Below, piece after piece: positions 38,946 through 51,510 of a stretch of 64,000 bases of DNA. Source of the stretch: Camelus ferus (Eukaryota); NCBI RefSeq assembly GCF_009834535.1, contig NC_045696.1, positions 104,906,001 to 104,970,000 of the forward strand. The letters run 5' to 3'. Positions within the stretch are counted from its first letter, which is position 1; the number at the start of each line of letters is the position of its first letter. The position numbers and the translations under genes were made by a program. The notes under the pieces were generated by a model. The model made no database searches. It saw nothing but the letters and a program-made list of their open reading frames with translations, and was not told the origin of the DNA.

Positions 38946-39049
38946 TGACCAGCTGACATTCCCACGGCTGGTTACAGGGGAACAGGCTGACTTGGACTCA
39001 GATGGATCTAACTCCAAAGCCAGAGTCCCATCCTTTCTGTCACTCTATC

Positions 39050-39690
39050 TGTAGGTCCCTGCCTTCAAAGTGCTCACAGACTCTATACAGGGAATAAGGC
39101 CAGTCTACAGTGTCACAGGAGAAAGTCAGTCAGTGCCATGACGTGGGTGCAAAGGGTTAAGAGTTCAAGGCAGGAGAGATCCCTGAATTGGGGACCAGGG
39201 GATGATGGCTTCTTTGGGAAAGTCTCATTTGAAAGGGGCCCAGAGGCAGAGATCCATAGAGCGGTGGTGGGGGTGGTACAGCATGCATGACGCAGGGAGG
39301 CAGGGGGCAGGCAGGACCCAAGTGAGGACACTCACTCAGTTAGGTTGGAGCTCAGAGGCCTACCAGAGAGAAGGCAGAGGCAGGGCAGAAAGACAGCTGG
39401 GTGTGGGGAGGACATGATGACTTATGCAGCTGACTATGGGAAACCCCCAAAGCTTCTCCAATGGCAGTGGAGATGCTCTTGGAAGTCATCTGGCTGTGGC
39501 ACATGGGAGGCACTCAAGGTCCATGCAGAACAAGAAAATGACTGAGAGGTCAGCTGGGTTGGGATGGAGACCAGCTAGGAGGAGGATGCAGCCTTCCCAA
39601 GAATTGCTACCTGACCCAGGCTAAGGGGTGAGGTGGGAAGGAGTGAGAACCACCCCAGGGAGGAATGGACAAGACTTGGCCCGTGCATTT
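39050..39690 (-). mobile_element. L2 fragment
   Basis: gtccctgccttcaaagtgctcacagact...ggcttctttgggaaagt...ggagaccagctaggagg. Confidence 0.55.
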
Positions 39691-39714
39691 GGGAGGCTGT
39701 GCTTTTGGTAGCAG

Positions 39715-39890
39715 CCTTGACATTTACTAGTTAGGTGACCTTGGGCAAGTCACTTAACTCTCCATGTCTTGGTCCCCAGATCTGAATGGGATAATCAAAC
39801 CCTCTCTGCCCATCTCCCAGGCAGGTTGTGAGTCTGACATAAGAAAATGCGTCCAAACACATTTGGAGGAGTGAACAAGCATCATATACA
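39715..39890 (+). mobile_element. MIR SINE
   Basis: ttactagttaggtgaccttgggcaagtcacttaactctc core. Confidence 0.75.
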
Positions 39891-41597
39891 AAGCCCTAGA
39901 CAATTTCCTCATGGCATTAACACTCTGGGTGTTCTCTTTACTTTTCTCAAGCTCTTCAGCTTGAAGGCTCTGCTACCATACAAGGAAAAAAAGTGTTAAT
40001 CATGATCTCTTTTATAGCTCAAAGTTATGAACAAATAAAAAGAGTTTATGTCTTTTGCTGCTACTAGACAGCAGACTTACCAACATGAATCTGAATTAAA
40101 ATGTCAATAATTTTTCATTTGAGTTTCTTAAAATACAGTTAATTTCTTTTTACATTTTCCCCCTTATTTTATGCAGCAATATATTCTACATATTGAGTTT
40201 CTGGAATATCCCAAGATCCAAACTAACCAGAACACAAAGTCATAAAAAGTGACCGTCTGTCTTTAGTGTAAGAAAAAGAGAAATGAAATGCATTATTGGC
40301 GCTCTCAGAAGACGGTGGTCATGAAGGTCATTATGTTTATGCCAAGAGTCCATAATCAGTTCTAGTTCTTGGAATTTGGTGACACACGAAAGGGACTGCA
40401 AAAGAGAACAAATCTAAAGATTAATTCTGCATTACCTTCAGAATTCCATTAACTAGTATTCCACAGTTCTAAGGGACCCAGGCCTTGCAGCTGTGAAATT
40501 CTAGTTAACTCTGGCCTCCAGTTTACTCCGTGGCTTCTAGTTAATTCTTTGGCCCCAGTGACCTCAAGTGTGAATGCTAAATTCTCCACAGATTTCACAT
40601 GTTCAAGAAGGCATACAATGCCATCCAAGTGGAGAATCTCATTTGGGTTTCTTCACCTATTCAAACCAAATAACCAATCACTGAGTATTTTAATTATGCC
40701 AAATATTTAATGTTTGCTGCCATACAGATATATATGTGGATAGACAGATAGATGGATACTTAGATATACACACATCCTTATTTTATCTTCACAACAAACT
40801 AGAATTATTGTTGCCCATTTTGCAGGAGAAGAGGGTATACAACGTGCCAAGGGGACATGGCATGCATTCTGTGTTACAAAATATTTCAGCAGATCCAACA
40901 CCTTACATTCACTCTCCCATTTCCAGAGAACCTGAACATGAGACCAGGGACCCCAGAGGTGCAAACTATCTCATGTGGTTCTCTTCATGCCAACAGAACC
41001 AGCAGGGCCACTTGGCAAATTGGCCACCTGAGAAATGGCAGTGTCTGCATGCATGTCATCATGTGTAAATATTAGCAGAGATGTGTAAAAGCAAGGAACA
41101 GGTTCATCATCTTTCAATTACTATTTGCCATTACTTCAAGACATCCAAAGCAGTAGTTTATTTATTACTCCCAGTAGGAGTAGTTTATTCCTAGGAAACT
41201 GGGAGTTCTCATTTTCAGACAAAGAATAAATTGGCAACCACTTTTCATAACAAAACAGCTTTTTCTAAAGCAGGAGGAAGGACAGAAAGGCACCCACGGT
41301 CTTGGAAACAAAATTATACAAGAAAGCACAGTTAGGCTCCCAGAGAATGTATGGGACTTTGTCCTGTAGCCGTCTTGAGTCCCATGTGCCAAATTCTTAA
41401 AGGACAAACATGAGTGACGACCGTGACCATTCTCTGAGGGTCCTTCCTTAGAAGCCTGGGCGTTGCTAAGGTGCAGATGGAAGACGACAGTGACACTGAT
41501 GACAACTTATCTGACCCTGATGCCCAGAAGATCAGGTAAAGGCATAACCAACCAAATTAATCACATCCTAATGGGTACAGCTTTAGAAGACAGCCCA

Positions 41598-42442
41598 CTA
41601 TGAACATTGGGGTACATGTATCTTTTTTCTGTATATACGTATCTTTATTAAAGTATAGTCAGTTTACAATGTTGTGTCAATTTCTGGTGTACAACACAAT
41701 TCTTCAGACATACATGAACATACATACACTTGTATTTATAGTCTTTTTCACCATAAGCTACTACAAGATATTGAATATAGTTTCCTGTGCTACATAGTAT
41801 GAACCTGTTTATGACATGCACCTCAACGTTCATAGCAGCACTATTTACAATAGCCCAGACATGGAAACAACCTAAATGTCCATCAACATATGACTGGATA
41901 AAGAAGTTGTGGTATATTTATACAAAGGAGTACTACTTAGCCATAAAAAAGAATAAAATAATGTCATTTGCAGCAACATGGATGGACCTGGAGATTGTCA
42001 TTATAAATGAAGTAAGTCAGAAAGAGGAAGACAAATATCGTATGATATCACTCATATGTGGAACCAAAAAGAAAGGAAAAAAAAAGAAAAAAAAACTTAT
42101 TTACAAAACAGAAACAGACTCACAGACATAGAAAACAAACTTACAGTTACCAGAGGGGAAGGGGGTGGGAAGGGATAGATTGGGAGTTCAAGATTTGCAG
42201 ACACTAACGAATATATATAAAATAGATAAACAACAAGTTCATACTGTATAGCACAGGGAGCTATATTCAATATCTTGTAGTAACTTATAGAGAAAAGGAA
42301 TATGAAAATGAATATATGTATGTTCATACGTGATTGAAGCATTATGCTGTACACCAGAAATTGATACAACATTGTAAACTAACAATACTTCAAAATATTA
42401 TTTATTTATTGAAGTATTATTTATTTATATATATACAAAAAA
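41598..42442. mobile_element. Composite young L1 with tails at both ends (antisense 3' end fused head-to-head to a sense 3' end)
   Basis: 41598-41626 short antisense ORF2 piece; 41629-41812 antisense terminal arm; 41813-42442 sense ORF2 end plus 3'UTR and tail (FIAALFTIAQTWKQPKCPSTYDWIKKLWYIYT). Confidence 0.9.
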
Positions 42443-42949
42443 GACAAGGCCGCCTTGCAGGGTGCCGTTGGACCAGGCATAGAAGACAGAAGAGTGGCAG
42501 GAGGCCTCCCATCCACAAGATCCCTCAAGAGGAGCTCTTACTCCACTACTCCTGAACTCCATCCCATTCTCCATCATCCCTGCATCTTCTAGCCAGTGCT
42601 TCACTCCTGCCATGATCAGGGCAGGTGGTCAGGAACACTGGCATGGATACCAGCGCCACCAAGGCCACTACCAGGGATGGCGGCAATGATCAGGCTAAAG
42701 CTTAAAGAGCTGCAGGCTTCCTCCACCCTCAACACATTTACACACGTCTATGCTGCTACACATTTTCTTCTCCTGATCTGCACTCTGGTTTCCCAGTGGG
42801 GACAGCCTAGGAGCCTGGCCGCATGGCAAGGCGCTGACTCCCTGCCTCACTCTTACTAGTGACTTTTCTCCTCAGTCCCCCACCTCTGGCAGGCCCCAAG
42901 CACACACAGACCCACAAAAGACTGAGCCACAGGCCTGACTCTGAGCATC

Positions 42950-43480
42950 TCCCTTCACTCATTCAGTCCATCAACAAACACAGATGTGCCTATGAGAATG
43001 GCATTCATTGACTTCAATGATCCCATGCTTTGATGGTGGAGACAAATTAATAAATAAACCACAAGAGCACAGTGTGGTCCATGCTCCAAGGGACAGCACG
43101 GTGCTGTGAACGCTCAGAGAGGATGCTCCAACCCCAACCTGGGAGAGCTTTGTGGAGGAGGTGAGGCCAGACCTGGTTAGTCTGAAAAGATGAATAGGAA
43201 TTAGTGGGCAATTTGAGTGGGGAGAGAACAAATGGCCACTTCAGGCAGAAGAAACAGCATCAGCAAAGCAGGAATAAGAGCAGTCCTGGTGTAGATGTGG
43301 GAACAACCACCACAGGGCCCAGTGTTAGGCTGGGGTTGGATCATAAAGGACCACAGATGCAGGCAAGGAGCTTGGCTCCATCCTCGATGTGGCTGAAGGA
43401 TTTAAATAAGAGCAGCATATTTAAGATCTGGTTTGAGGACGATGTTTCCGGCCGCAGAGAAGATGAAGGGTTATAGATCG
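42950..43480 (-). mobile_element. L2 3' fragment
   Basis: ttcactcattcagtccatcaacaaaca terminus followed by an L2 body. Confidence 0.6.
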
Positions 43481-45384
43481 TGGGCAGCTAGCAGGAGCCG
43501 TGGCCTGAGCAGGAACTGCTGCGGTCACCTGCGACACAGAGCTGAGACTGGAATTCGGTGCCATCCCGCACCCACAGCCAAGACCTACTTGGAGGACAAC
43601 ACTGGCCCTTCACAGCCTAGGTCTTCCTCTGTCATTTGGTAACAGTGAGTCAGAGCCCTGGGCACCCCATCCATCAGCTGGTCCATTCTCCTGGCCCTGC
43701 CCCAGTTCCTCCAGCAACCTCCCTGTCTGTCCTCCAGGGACCAGCATCTTCCAGGGGTAAACAGTAGAATGCTAACTCAGTGGGCCAACCATCAAACCAC
43801 CATCAGGTTGTCAGGGCCAGTTGATTTTGAAAGTAAGCAGCAAGGGAAGGGCATGGGTTTTGGAAATGGTGAGTGGACGGGCGGGCTGGCAGAACACTGC
43901 GGGCATCCTGGGGCTTCAGGAGGACTCGGGAGGCCGCTGGAGAAAGCAGGAGGCAGTGGGAGGGCTCTGGGCCCCTGCCAGGAGGAGGGCAGGTCCCCGA
44001 ATGGAAGTAAGCTAGGCTCTGGTGTCTTACCTGATTCTCAAGAGGGCTGACCCAGCCCTGAGAAATGAACGTGTTTGCCTCCCTGTCTTGAGACCATATA
44101 ACGGAGCTGGCCACCCTGCCTCACATCGGCTGGAGCAGTGCCACTGACCCGCCCATCTTCTCCCTGAGGACTCATCAGAGCTGAGGCCCTAAGATCAGAA
44201 GCCTGGGCCCCAGGTATGGAGAACGCTCTTCCCACCCCACCTGGAGCCCACGGTTCACTCTCAAGTCCAATGTCCCCTTCCTGCCCTTCTGCCTCCCTTC
44301 TGGGCCATGACACAGGTTGTGAGAGGTATCACCCCACATCCCAAGTCAGAGAGGTGGGTTCAGGCAGTGCTGTTGTCAAAGGATTGATCACCGCCTTCCC
44401 TGCAGAACCACTGCCAACAACAGACTTGGGCAAATGATAGAGCCTCTCATTCATTCTTTTCAACAGCATTTGAAGAGAACTGCAGAAAAGCATCTTCTTT
44501 ACCCAATGGCACCATGTGAACTCTCCAGGGACCAAGGGAAGGGGGCACTGAATCAAAAGCACGCACAATGAAATCACTGAAGAAAACTCTCAAAGTGTAA
44601 ATTCTCCACCATGGTGGTGTTGTCTGAAGCCTGCCATCAAGATGGATGGAGGGGCCTGGGAGAAACATCAGATGGCATTTGTCAACTTGCTGTTCTGAAG
44701 GACAGAGCAGGTCACTCCCAACAGAAGAGAAGGGAGAGGCGTCTGCATCAGGCAGGAGATGCGTGGCCGGGAGGTAGAGTCAGACCTCCTGGAAAGAGCC
44801 ATTTGTAACACTGGCAAAATGCATTTCTCTCTTGTTTAAGTAAAAATGAAGAATGAGAGAAGACAATTCATCTCAGGAAAGATGTGGGGCTGCACAGCCC
44901 GCAGGACTGGGGAGAAAACACAAGCGTCAGCCCTTCAGCGCCTGAGCCCGCATCTCACGCCCTGTTAGAAAGGCATCCCAGCCCAGAAATGCAGATGGTC
45001 CCTCAATTCCACAGCCTCCCCCGAGCCTCCTTGGGTGGCTTGGCCCCTTCTCCCTGAATGCTCTCTCCAGCTCATGCTGGAGGACCAAGCTCTGGTGTCC
45101 CCTCCCCAGGATAAGTCATGTGATAGCTGGCTTCCTCTGGCTCTGCAGGTGGGGTCAGACCTGTGTCTGCACCATGTCTCTGCCTACCTTTCTCATCCTG
45201 CACTCTCTCAGATGAAATGGGCTCTTCACATGCCATGCAGGGCACCTGCCCCAACTCCCCCAACCCCGCCACTCCCCGCAGGGCACAGACCAGGTTATGT
45301 GATGACCCTTCTCTCCCTAGACTAGGAGACCCCGAGAGCACTTTCTGTGGGCTCCATCCCCAAGACAAAGGACACTGTTGTAGC

Positions 45385-45520
45385 GGGGAGGTATAGTTTA
45401 GTGGCAGAGCGTGTGCTTAGCATGCACGAGATCCTGGGTCCAATCCCCAGTATCTCTGTTAAAATAATTAAATAAACCTAATTATCTCCCATCTCCCAAA
45501 AAGAAAAAAAGTTTAAAAAG
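45385..45520 (+). mobile_element. Full-length tRNA-derived SINE (camelid vic-1-like)
   Basis: tRNA-Ala-like head ggggaggtatagtttagtggcagagcgtgtgcttagcatgcacgagatcctgggtccaatccccag; aataaacctaattatctccc 3' part; A tail; TSD core aggacact (45369-45376 / 45521-45528). Confidence 0.85.
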
Positions 45521-46849
45521 AGGACACTCTCAGTATCCAACCGATGCTGAGGTGAGCTGAGGGAGGACACTGACATGAGGGCCACGGTTCCCAAACTCTG
45601 TGTCGAGGCACCCCAGGGAGCCACAGCAGACTCGCAGAGCCACCACCCACTGGCGGTCTTAGATTTTCGAGGGAAATGCAGTGACACCTGCCAGGCGCCA
45701 TACAAACGACTAGCTCACTCGGGGTAGCTCAGTTTCAACATCAGGTGGCTGCCTTCCTTTCATGATGCCTCCCCTGTGAACTTTGGTTTTCAGGATTGTT
45801 GTGATAAAAGGCAAGAACCGAGTTAAAAAAGCCAATGTGGAATAAGATGTGAGGATGGCAGGGTCCAATGTGACTCCACGGGCTGAGACATCGTGCAGTG
45901 CCTCATAGGCACTATGTTGTTACAGCATAAATAGTTGTTGCTTTCAGGGACCAATTGATTTCATAAGCAGAAGTGCTGGGTGTTTCTTTCAGCCTTGGGG
46001 CACTGTAAAAACAAACTTCCTGAGACATAGGTAAAGGGTGCTGTAAGCTGAGAAAGTTGGGGAACCTCAGCCCTGGTGATACCATCCAAGCCAGCCTGCA
46101 ATGTTACTCATTCCAGTAGCCTCAGAGTGGCCTAGCGTGTGCCAAGCATGTGCCAAGCATGTGCCAGATATGGGCCATGCAGACAGGCTTCTCCAGGGGA
46201 GGTCCTGCTCCATCCAGCACCTGGCTCAAAATGCTGCCCAGGAAGAGTTCCTTGACACACTGTACTGGGACACACACCTTGGCCAGCGGCCCTCCCACAG
46301 GCCAGAATGTGAAGCCAAAAGCAACGGCTTCCTGGATCTGACTGCAGTTCCCAAACAAGGAAACAGACCCCAAACTGACAGTCCTCAGAACTCAACCAAA
46401 GACCTTACAGGGTGCATCAGAAACTTCTCTCCTTATGATCAACGTGGTGAGTGGCTCAGAGAAGACTCAGAGAAGAACGAGGACAGACTAGCACAGAGAC
46501 AACCTCCTCCCATCTTCCTGGCTCCAAGTAAACCCAGAGAGGCTGGGGTGCAGGGCCCCGGGACAGGCCCTGTGAGAGCTGGCATCCTTGTGCTGCCACA
46601 GTGGGCAAAGGGAATGGTCCTAGTGTGCATCTCACGGCATAATGTGCTCCCAGGATGAAGAGTGGGAGAGGGGGCCAGGCCCTTTCAGCCACAGCAAGCC
46701 CCTCTGCAGAGCGCGGGAGTTCACGTTTGCAGGACCAGTGGAATAAGAATGAATGTGTCACACCACTCAGAGGACGAAGATGACCTCCCCCTTTCTCCTG
46801 CCATCTCAAGGCATAGCCCAGTCCCTCAAAGAGATTTGCACTCCGTCAA

Positions 46850-46990
46850 GTCACTTCCTGTTAGCTGGGAACTGGGCAGGCTTCCCCAAATCTCTGAGTC
46901 TCAGAAAAATGGAGATAAATCTAGCCCACCTGCTTGTTACGAGCGTTCGAGGTCATGGTGTATGGAACATTTCTCAAACAAGAAATGCAG
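46850..46990 (+). mobile_element. MIR SINE
   Basis: cacttcctgttagctgggaactgggcagg...tctctgagtctcag...aaaatggagataa. Confidence 0.55.
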
Positions 46991-47784
46991 TTCCTCTCTT
47001 CTACTGACGGTCTCTGAACCACGCTACCTGATCTTTTATATTTTATCTTGCATTGTTTTCTCATGTTCGCCACACGCTTCAGGAAACCTGCTCTGATTGC
47101 CCAAAGTAAGCATGTTTGATCACTCCATCTTCTGACTACTGAGGACATTTAGTTTTTCCCTTATTATGTAAATTTGTGCATTCATTTGCTCAACAATTAC
47201 TTACTGAATGTCTTTTTCTGCCCAGGATGGCAAGCAAGAAAGTCCAGTCTGCCTTCATGGAGTTCCCATGAAGTCAGGAGGGTTGCTTCCACAGTCCCCT
47301 ACTCGCCACCTCCACCCCCATGCTTCATACTAGGAAGGATACTGAGTGTAAAAAAGGAAAAGGAGGTGATGTGATTGGCAGGGGATTAAGTCATTTCATC
47401 CTAAAGGATTGTAAAGAGAGACAGAGTTGAATCCAAGCAGGACACTCCAATCAAGGACATGAGTCTATTCTTCCAAGGAAAATGGGGAGGGGTCTGGAGG
47501 TATCATGAGCAGAGACAGGGCTGCAGACCTAGTACGAGATGTAGGGGTTTAGAAAACACTCTGCACAGAGCATCCCCCTTGGTCACTCTGCTGAATACCT
47601 AAAAGAGTGACAGGAAGGGGGTCTCTGCCCTCTCCTCTCTTCCCCTCCTCCCTGACCTCAACTTCGATCAGAGAATCAGTGCAATGTTCAATGAGACAAT
47701 TAATTTAATCATGATAACGATTACTATTATCATCACTATACCGCATCATTGTTTTGCCTTAAGAGGTGATTACTACTAACAAGA

Positions 47785-48310
47785 GGCCAGTTAGTTAAAC
47801 ATACAACTACCACATAACTCACCCCTACCATTCCCAGGTATTTACCCAAGAGGAATTCAAGCATATGTTCATGAATGTTCACCGCAGCTTTATTTGGAGA
47901 CAACCCAGATGTCCATGAGCTGAATGGATAAACTAATTTGGGTCCATCCATACAATGGGATACTCCTCAGCAATAAAAAGTAATGAACTATTAATACATG
48001 CTACAACAGATGACTCTGAAAATAGTTATGCTGAGTGAAAACAGCCAGGCCAAAAGAAGATTGGATTTTGAATAATCCTAGAAAATGCCAACTAACCTAG
48101 AATGACAAGGAGCAAAACAGAGGTTATTTGTGGGGTGGGAGGGAGGTGGGGAGCAGTGCAAAGGGGCAGGAGGAAAATTACGAAGGCAATAACTTTGTCC
48201 ATCATCTGGGCTGTCACTATGGCTTCATGGGTGTGTACGTATGTCAGAACGCACCAAATTGTACTCTTGAAATATGTGCAGTTTACTGTATATTAACTAC
48301 CCTGTTAAGA
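47785..48310 (+). mobile_element. Old L1M 3' end
   Basis: ccaggtatttacccaagagga...catccatacaatgggatactcctcagcaataaaaag...aaatatgtgcagtttactgtat. Confidence 0.8.
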
Positions 48311-48334
48311 AAATGATGCTATAGGGTAGAGAAA

Positions 48335-48870
48335 TAAAGGGATATAAACCCATGGACCTCTCTTGGAAAGCAGTTTGGCAAAATGTGACAGAGACCTTAA
48401 AATGTTCTTATCCGTGGGTACCTCTTCTAGAACTATATCCTAAGGACATAAAAAGAGAGAGAGAATTTTCACTGCAGAATTATTTAAAATGGAAAAAAAA
48501 ATAGAAACCACTAATATATCTGACAAAATGCTCCAATAAATTACGGTACACTCACATACTGAAACAGTCCGTAGCCATTAAAGGCAATGTTTACGAGGGG
48601 TGTTTAATAACCTGGAAAAATGCTTATGTGATAACGTTAAGTGAAAAAAAAGCAAGATATAAATTGTATATATGTTATGCATTAAATTATGTAAAAATAT
48701 GCATTGAAAAATCTCAGGAATACCTCTAGGATTATCTCTAAGTGATGGGAAATATGGTAATTTTTAATCTTTTCATGCAAATTTGTGAACGTTGTTACTA
48801 TATTTTATGCTTTTCCTTAATTTTGTACAGGAAGAATGCATTTTTTAATTATGAAATAAAATAATATTCA
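48335..48870 (+). mobile_element. Second, older L1ME 3' end
   Basis: tggaaagcagtttggcaaaat...gtagccattaaa...taagtgaaaaaaagcaag. Confidence 0.7.
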
Positions 48871-49869
48871 AGGAAACCCTCCAGTCCTTCTTGTTCCCTG
48901 AAAAAGCAAGTCCTGCTATAAGGATGAGAACCAGACTGCATTTCTCTAATTTTTGCATCTGAAAATGTAGACATGTCTTTACGACAAATTGCCATTCTGT
49001 AACTTCAATCCATGTTCCTTTCTTTACTTTTAGAAAACCTAGAGAACCAATCGATAAACACCATATGTCATCACCTAATTTTATTCTATATTCTGTTAAA
49101 GCTCCACTTCTATCCATATTTTGAAGATAAGCCCTTTGAAGACAGAGGTGGGGCCTTTTCCTTGGTTTATGCCTCCCCTGTCAACCCCACCCAACTGTGC
49201 CATAATAGCCAGGAAAGAGCCAGAGGGCAGAGACACACATATACACACGATAACATAAATGAATAATAATTTCACATCCTGTTCTTATGGAGTCAGCGTT
49301 TCAGAGTCATCTCCTATTTCAATCCAAACCCCAACAGAACAAAAGCCCCAGGAGGTGGGTGGTAGGGTTGATGGGATTTTGGCTCCATGTTATAAAGAGG
49401 AAGATGAGACCAAAGCTCAAACTAACTTTGGCTGAGACTCATTCTGGGAGTCTTGCCCTAACTCCTCTCTGTGAACAGTAGACAGAAGCACCGGGACTCC
49501 ACCCTCACTCACGAGCCTGTGAGCTACCACCATGCCCTGTTCTCCTCTGGATCTCCACTGCCCAACCCAGAGAGGCATTTCACCAATTCTCATTATTTCC
49601 AGAAGAAAGGGTTAGCCATTAGGCAAAGGGATGGCTGTGCATTTGAACCCATTTTCTCTTGTGTATCATATATATCCAAGAGAATCTTCAAATTTTCAAG
49701 AACCGTTTAATAATTTTCCAAAGGATATGACCCTCTAAACTGTGATTTATTTCCTAAAATCTTTGCAGCAGCCCAAAATGACTGACAGACACACAGAGGT
49801 CTGGCCTCTATCCCAGCCCCACTCCCAGCCCCAGATGTAAAGGTGACTCACTATCACATAGCCCACCGA

Positions 49870-51000
49870 GCAAGTACTGTAAGATGGCTGAATGCCTAAA
49901 GCAGGTAAATAACAGAAGGTACAGAAGGAAAAGGAAGGTAAAATGTCAAGGGGGTCAGCAGGTGGGTCCTGGCTCAAGACCAGGGTTAGGGCTGGGAGGA
50001 CAGCTAAGGGTGGAGAGATGGTCGTTTCCCCCAGAATCAAGGCCAAGGAGACTCTGTCTCTGGTACTCTTCTAAACAATGGGAGACTCCCAAAGCTTTTC
50101 AGTTAGAGGTTGATATGCTCCAGTCTGGGAAGGGGGAAGAGACTGGAAACACAATGAGAAGACCTATCAACAGGGGCTCGAACTCAGCTGACAAGGAGAA
50201 GATGAGAATAAGATGATGGATGCAGAGGAGGGGTGTGGCTCACACAGCTCACAAGAACTGAGTGTGCGCATCACTTCCCGAGTCCATGTTCAGTGACGTC
50301 ACAGTGGTAACTTGGAATCACAGCCGTGATGGGAGTATGAGCAAATGCTACAATCAGAGTTTTTTCTCCCCCCAGGATTTCTAGTAGTTAAACATTTACA
50401 CATACCACTGGATATAGAGTTTGGAAACTAGCGGGACTGGGGAGGTAAAGTGAAGGGAAGAGGCCAGGAGGACCCCCTGATGTTTCTAGTCTGGATCTCG
50501 GGAGGGATGAGGCTCCGTCCCTTGAGACAGTGAACACAGGAGGATGAGTTGGTCTGGGGTCAGGGTGGAGAAGGTGAGTGCAGCCAAGGACACTTTGAGT
50601 TTGTGAGATCTGTTAAAACGACCCAGAGAACATGGCTAGAGGATAGTGGAATTCTGAGGCTAAAGCTCGGGAGACAGTTTCACGCTACAGAGAGGCTGCA
50701 TTTAAAGCCATGGGTGTAAGCAAGTGAAGTGAAGACAAGGGCAGAAGGGTGACCCTGGATTCTGCAGAACCTAACATTTAAGGAAGTTGTAGAAGAGATG
50801 ACCAGGCAAAGAAGATGCAGGAAATTCACAAGGCAAGAGAAAGAAGGGGTGGATGTCCCAGGAAAAAAGGAAAGAGAGAGATTCAACAAATGGGGATGCT
50901 ACACTGCCAAGTGCTGCACCCTCAAAGCATCTTCTGAGGTTGGCAGCACAGCGGCCGTTGGTGACCTTAACTTTACCAGATTCAGTGGAGATCTGGGGAA
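49870..51000 (-). mobile_element. L2 fragment interrupted by a MER63-like element
   Basis: ggacactttgagtttg...gctaaagctcgggagacag...ccaggaaaaaagga...gttggtgaccttaa antisense L2. Confidence 0.6.
50225..50410. mobile_element. MER63-like hAT-Blackjack relic
   Basis: tgtgcgcatcacttccc...ttcagtgacgtcac...gcaaatgctacaatcag...gttaaacatttac...accactg. Confidence 0.7.
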
Positions 51001-51044
51001 GAGAAGTAATGACCTCTCCATGTTTAATCTTGCGATGCTGTATC

Positions 51045-51510
51045 TTTGGATCAGTCAGGATCTCACCAGGAAAACAGTGACCACTCTAAGTACTTCAAAG
51101 AGAGGAATTTTAATGCAAAGAACCAGCTATCCAAGTGATGGAAAACAAGGAAATAGCAAATGACAAGACAGGAAGCCACCACCACCCAGGGCTGAAGGGA
51201 CAAAGGGAGGAGGCAGGGCCACCAGAGCCCAGGAGGTGAGCCACATGGCAGAGCCTGGATCTTGGCAGGGGCAGTAGATGTGTGGCAGCAGTGAGATGGC
51301 CCAGGACAGAAAGGAGAGAGAGAAATACTTTGACTTCTCCCTGCTCCCCACTCTCCAGTCTTCCACCAGTGCCTCCAATGGGTTGTACCCAGGCAGAGGC
51401 GATCAGGGAACTGGGGAGCTGGGGAACGTAGTGCCCTTCCCTACAGAGCCAAGCAACAGAAGGGTAGGGACAGATCTGATGGCAAACAGTCAAAGGAGTG
51501 ACCCAGCTAT
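51045..51510 (-). mobile_element. ERVL LTR (LTR33-like)
   Basis: agtcaggatctcaccaggaaaacag...ccagtgcctccaatggg...gatctgatggcaaacag. Confidence 0.6.

Noticed and set aside
45385..45456. tRNA-Ala-like sequence (also at 21361)
   Set aside because: Degenerate stems, SINE-specific 3' extension, A tail and TSD indicate a SINE rather than a tRNA gene.
46101..46658. 185-aa ORF; also 288-839, 15565-16083 and 55805-56350
   Set aside because: No recognisable homology, non-ATG or weak starts, no convincing splice-site framing, and overlapping ORFs on both strands as expected by chance.
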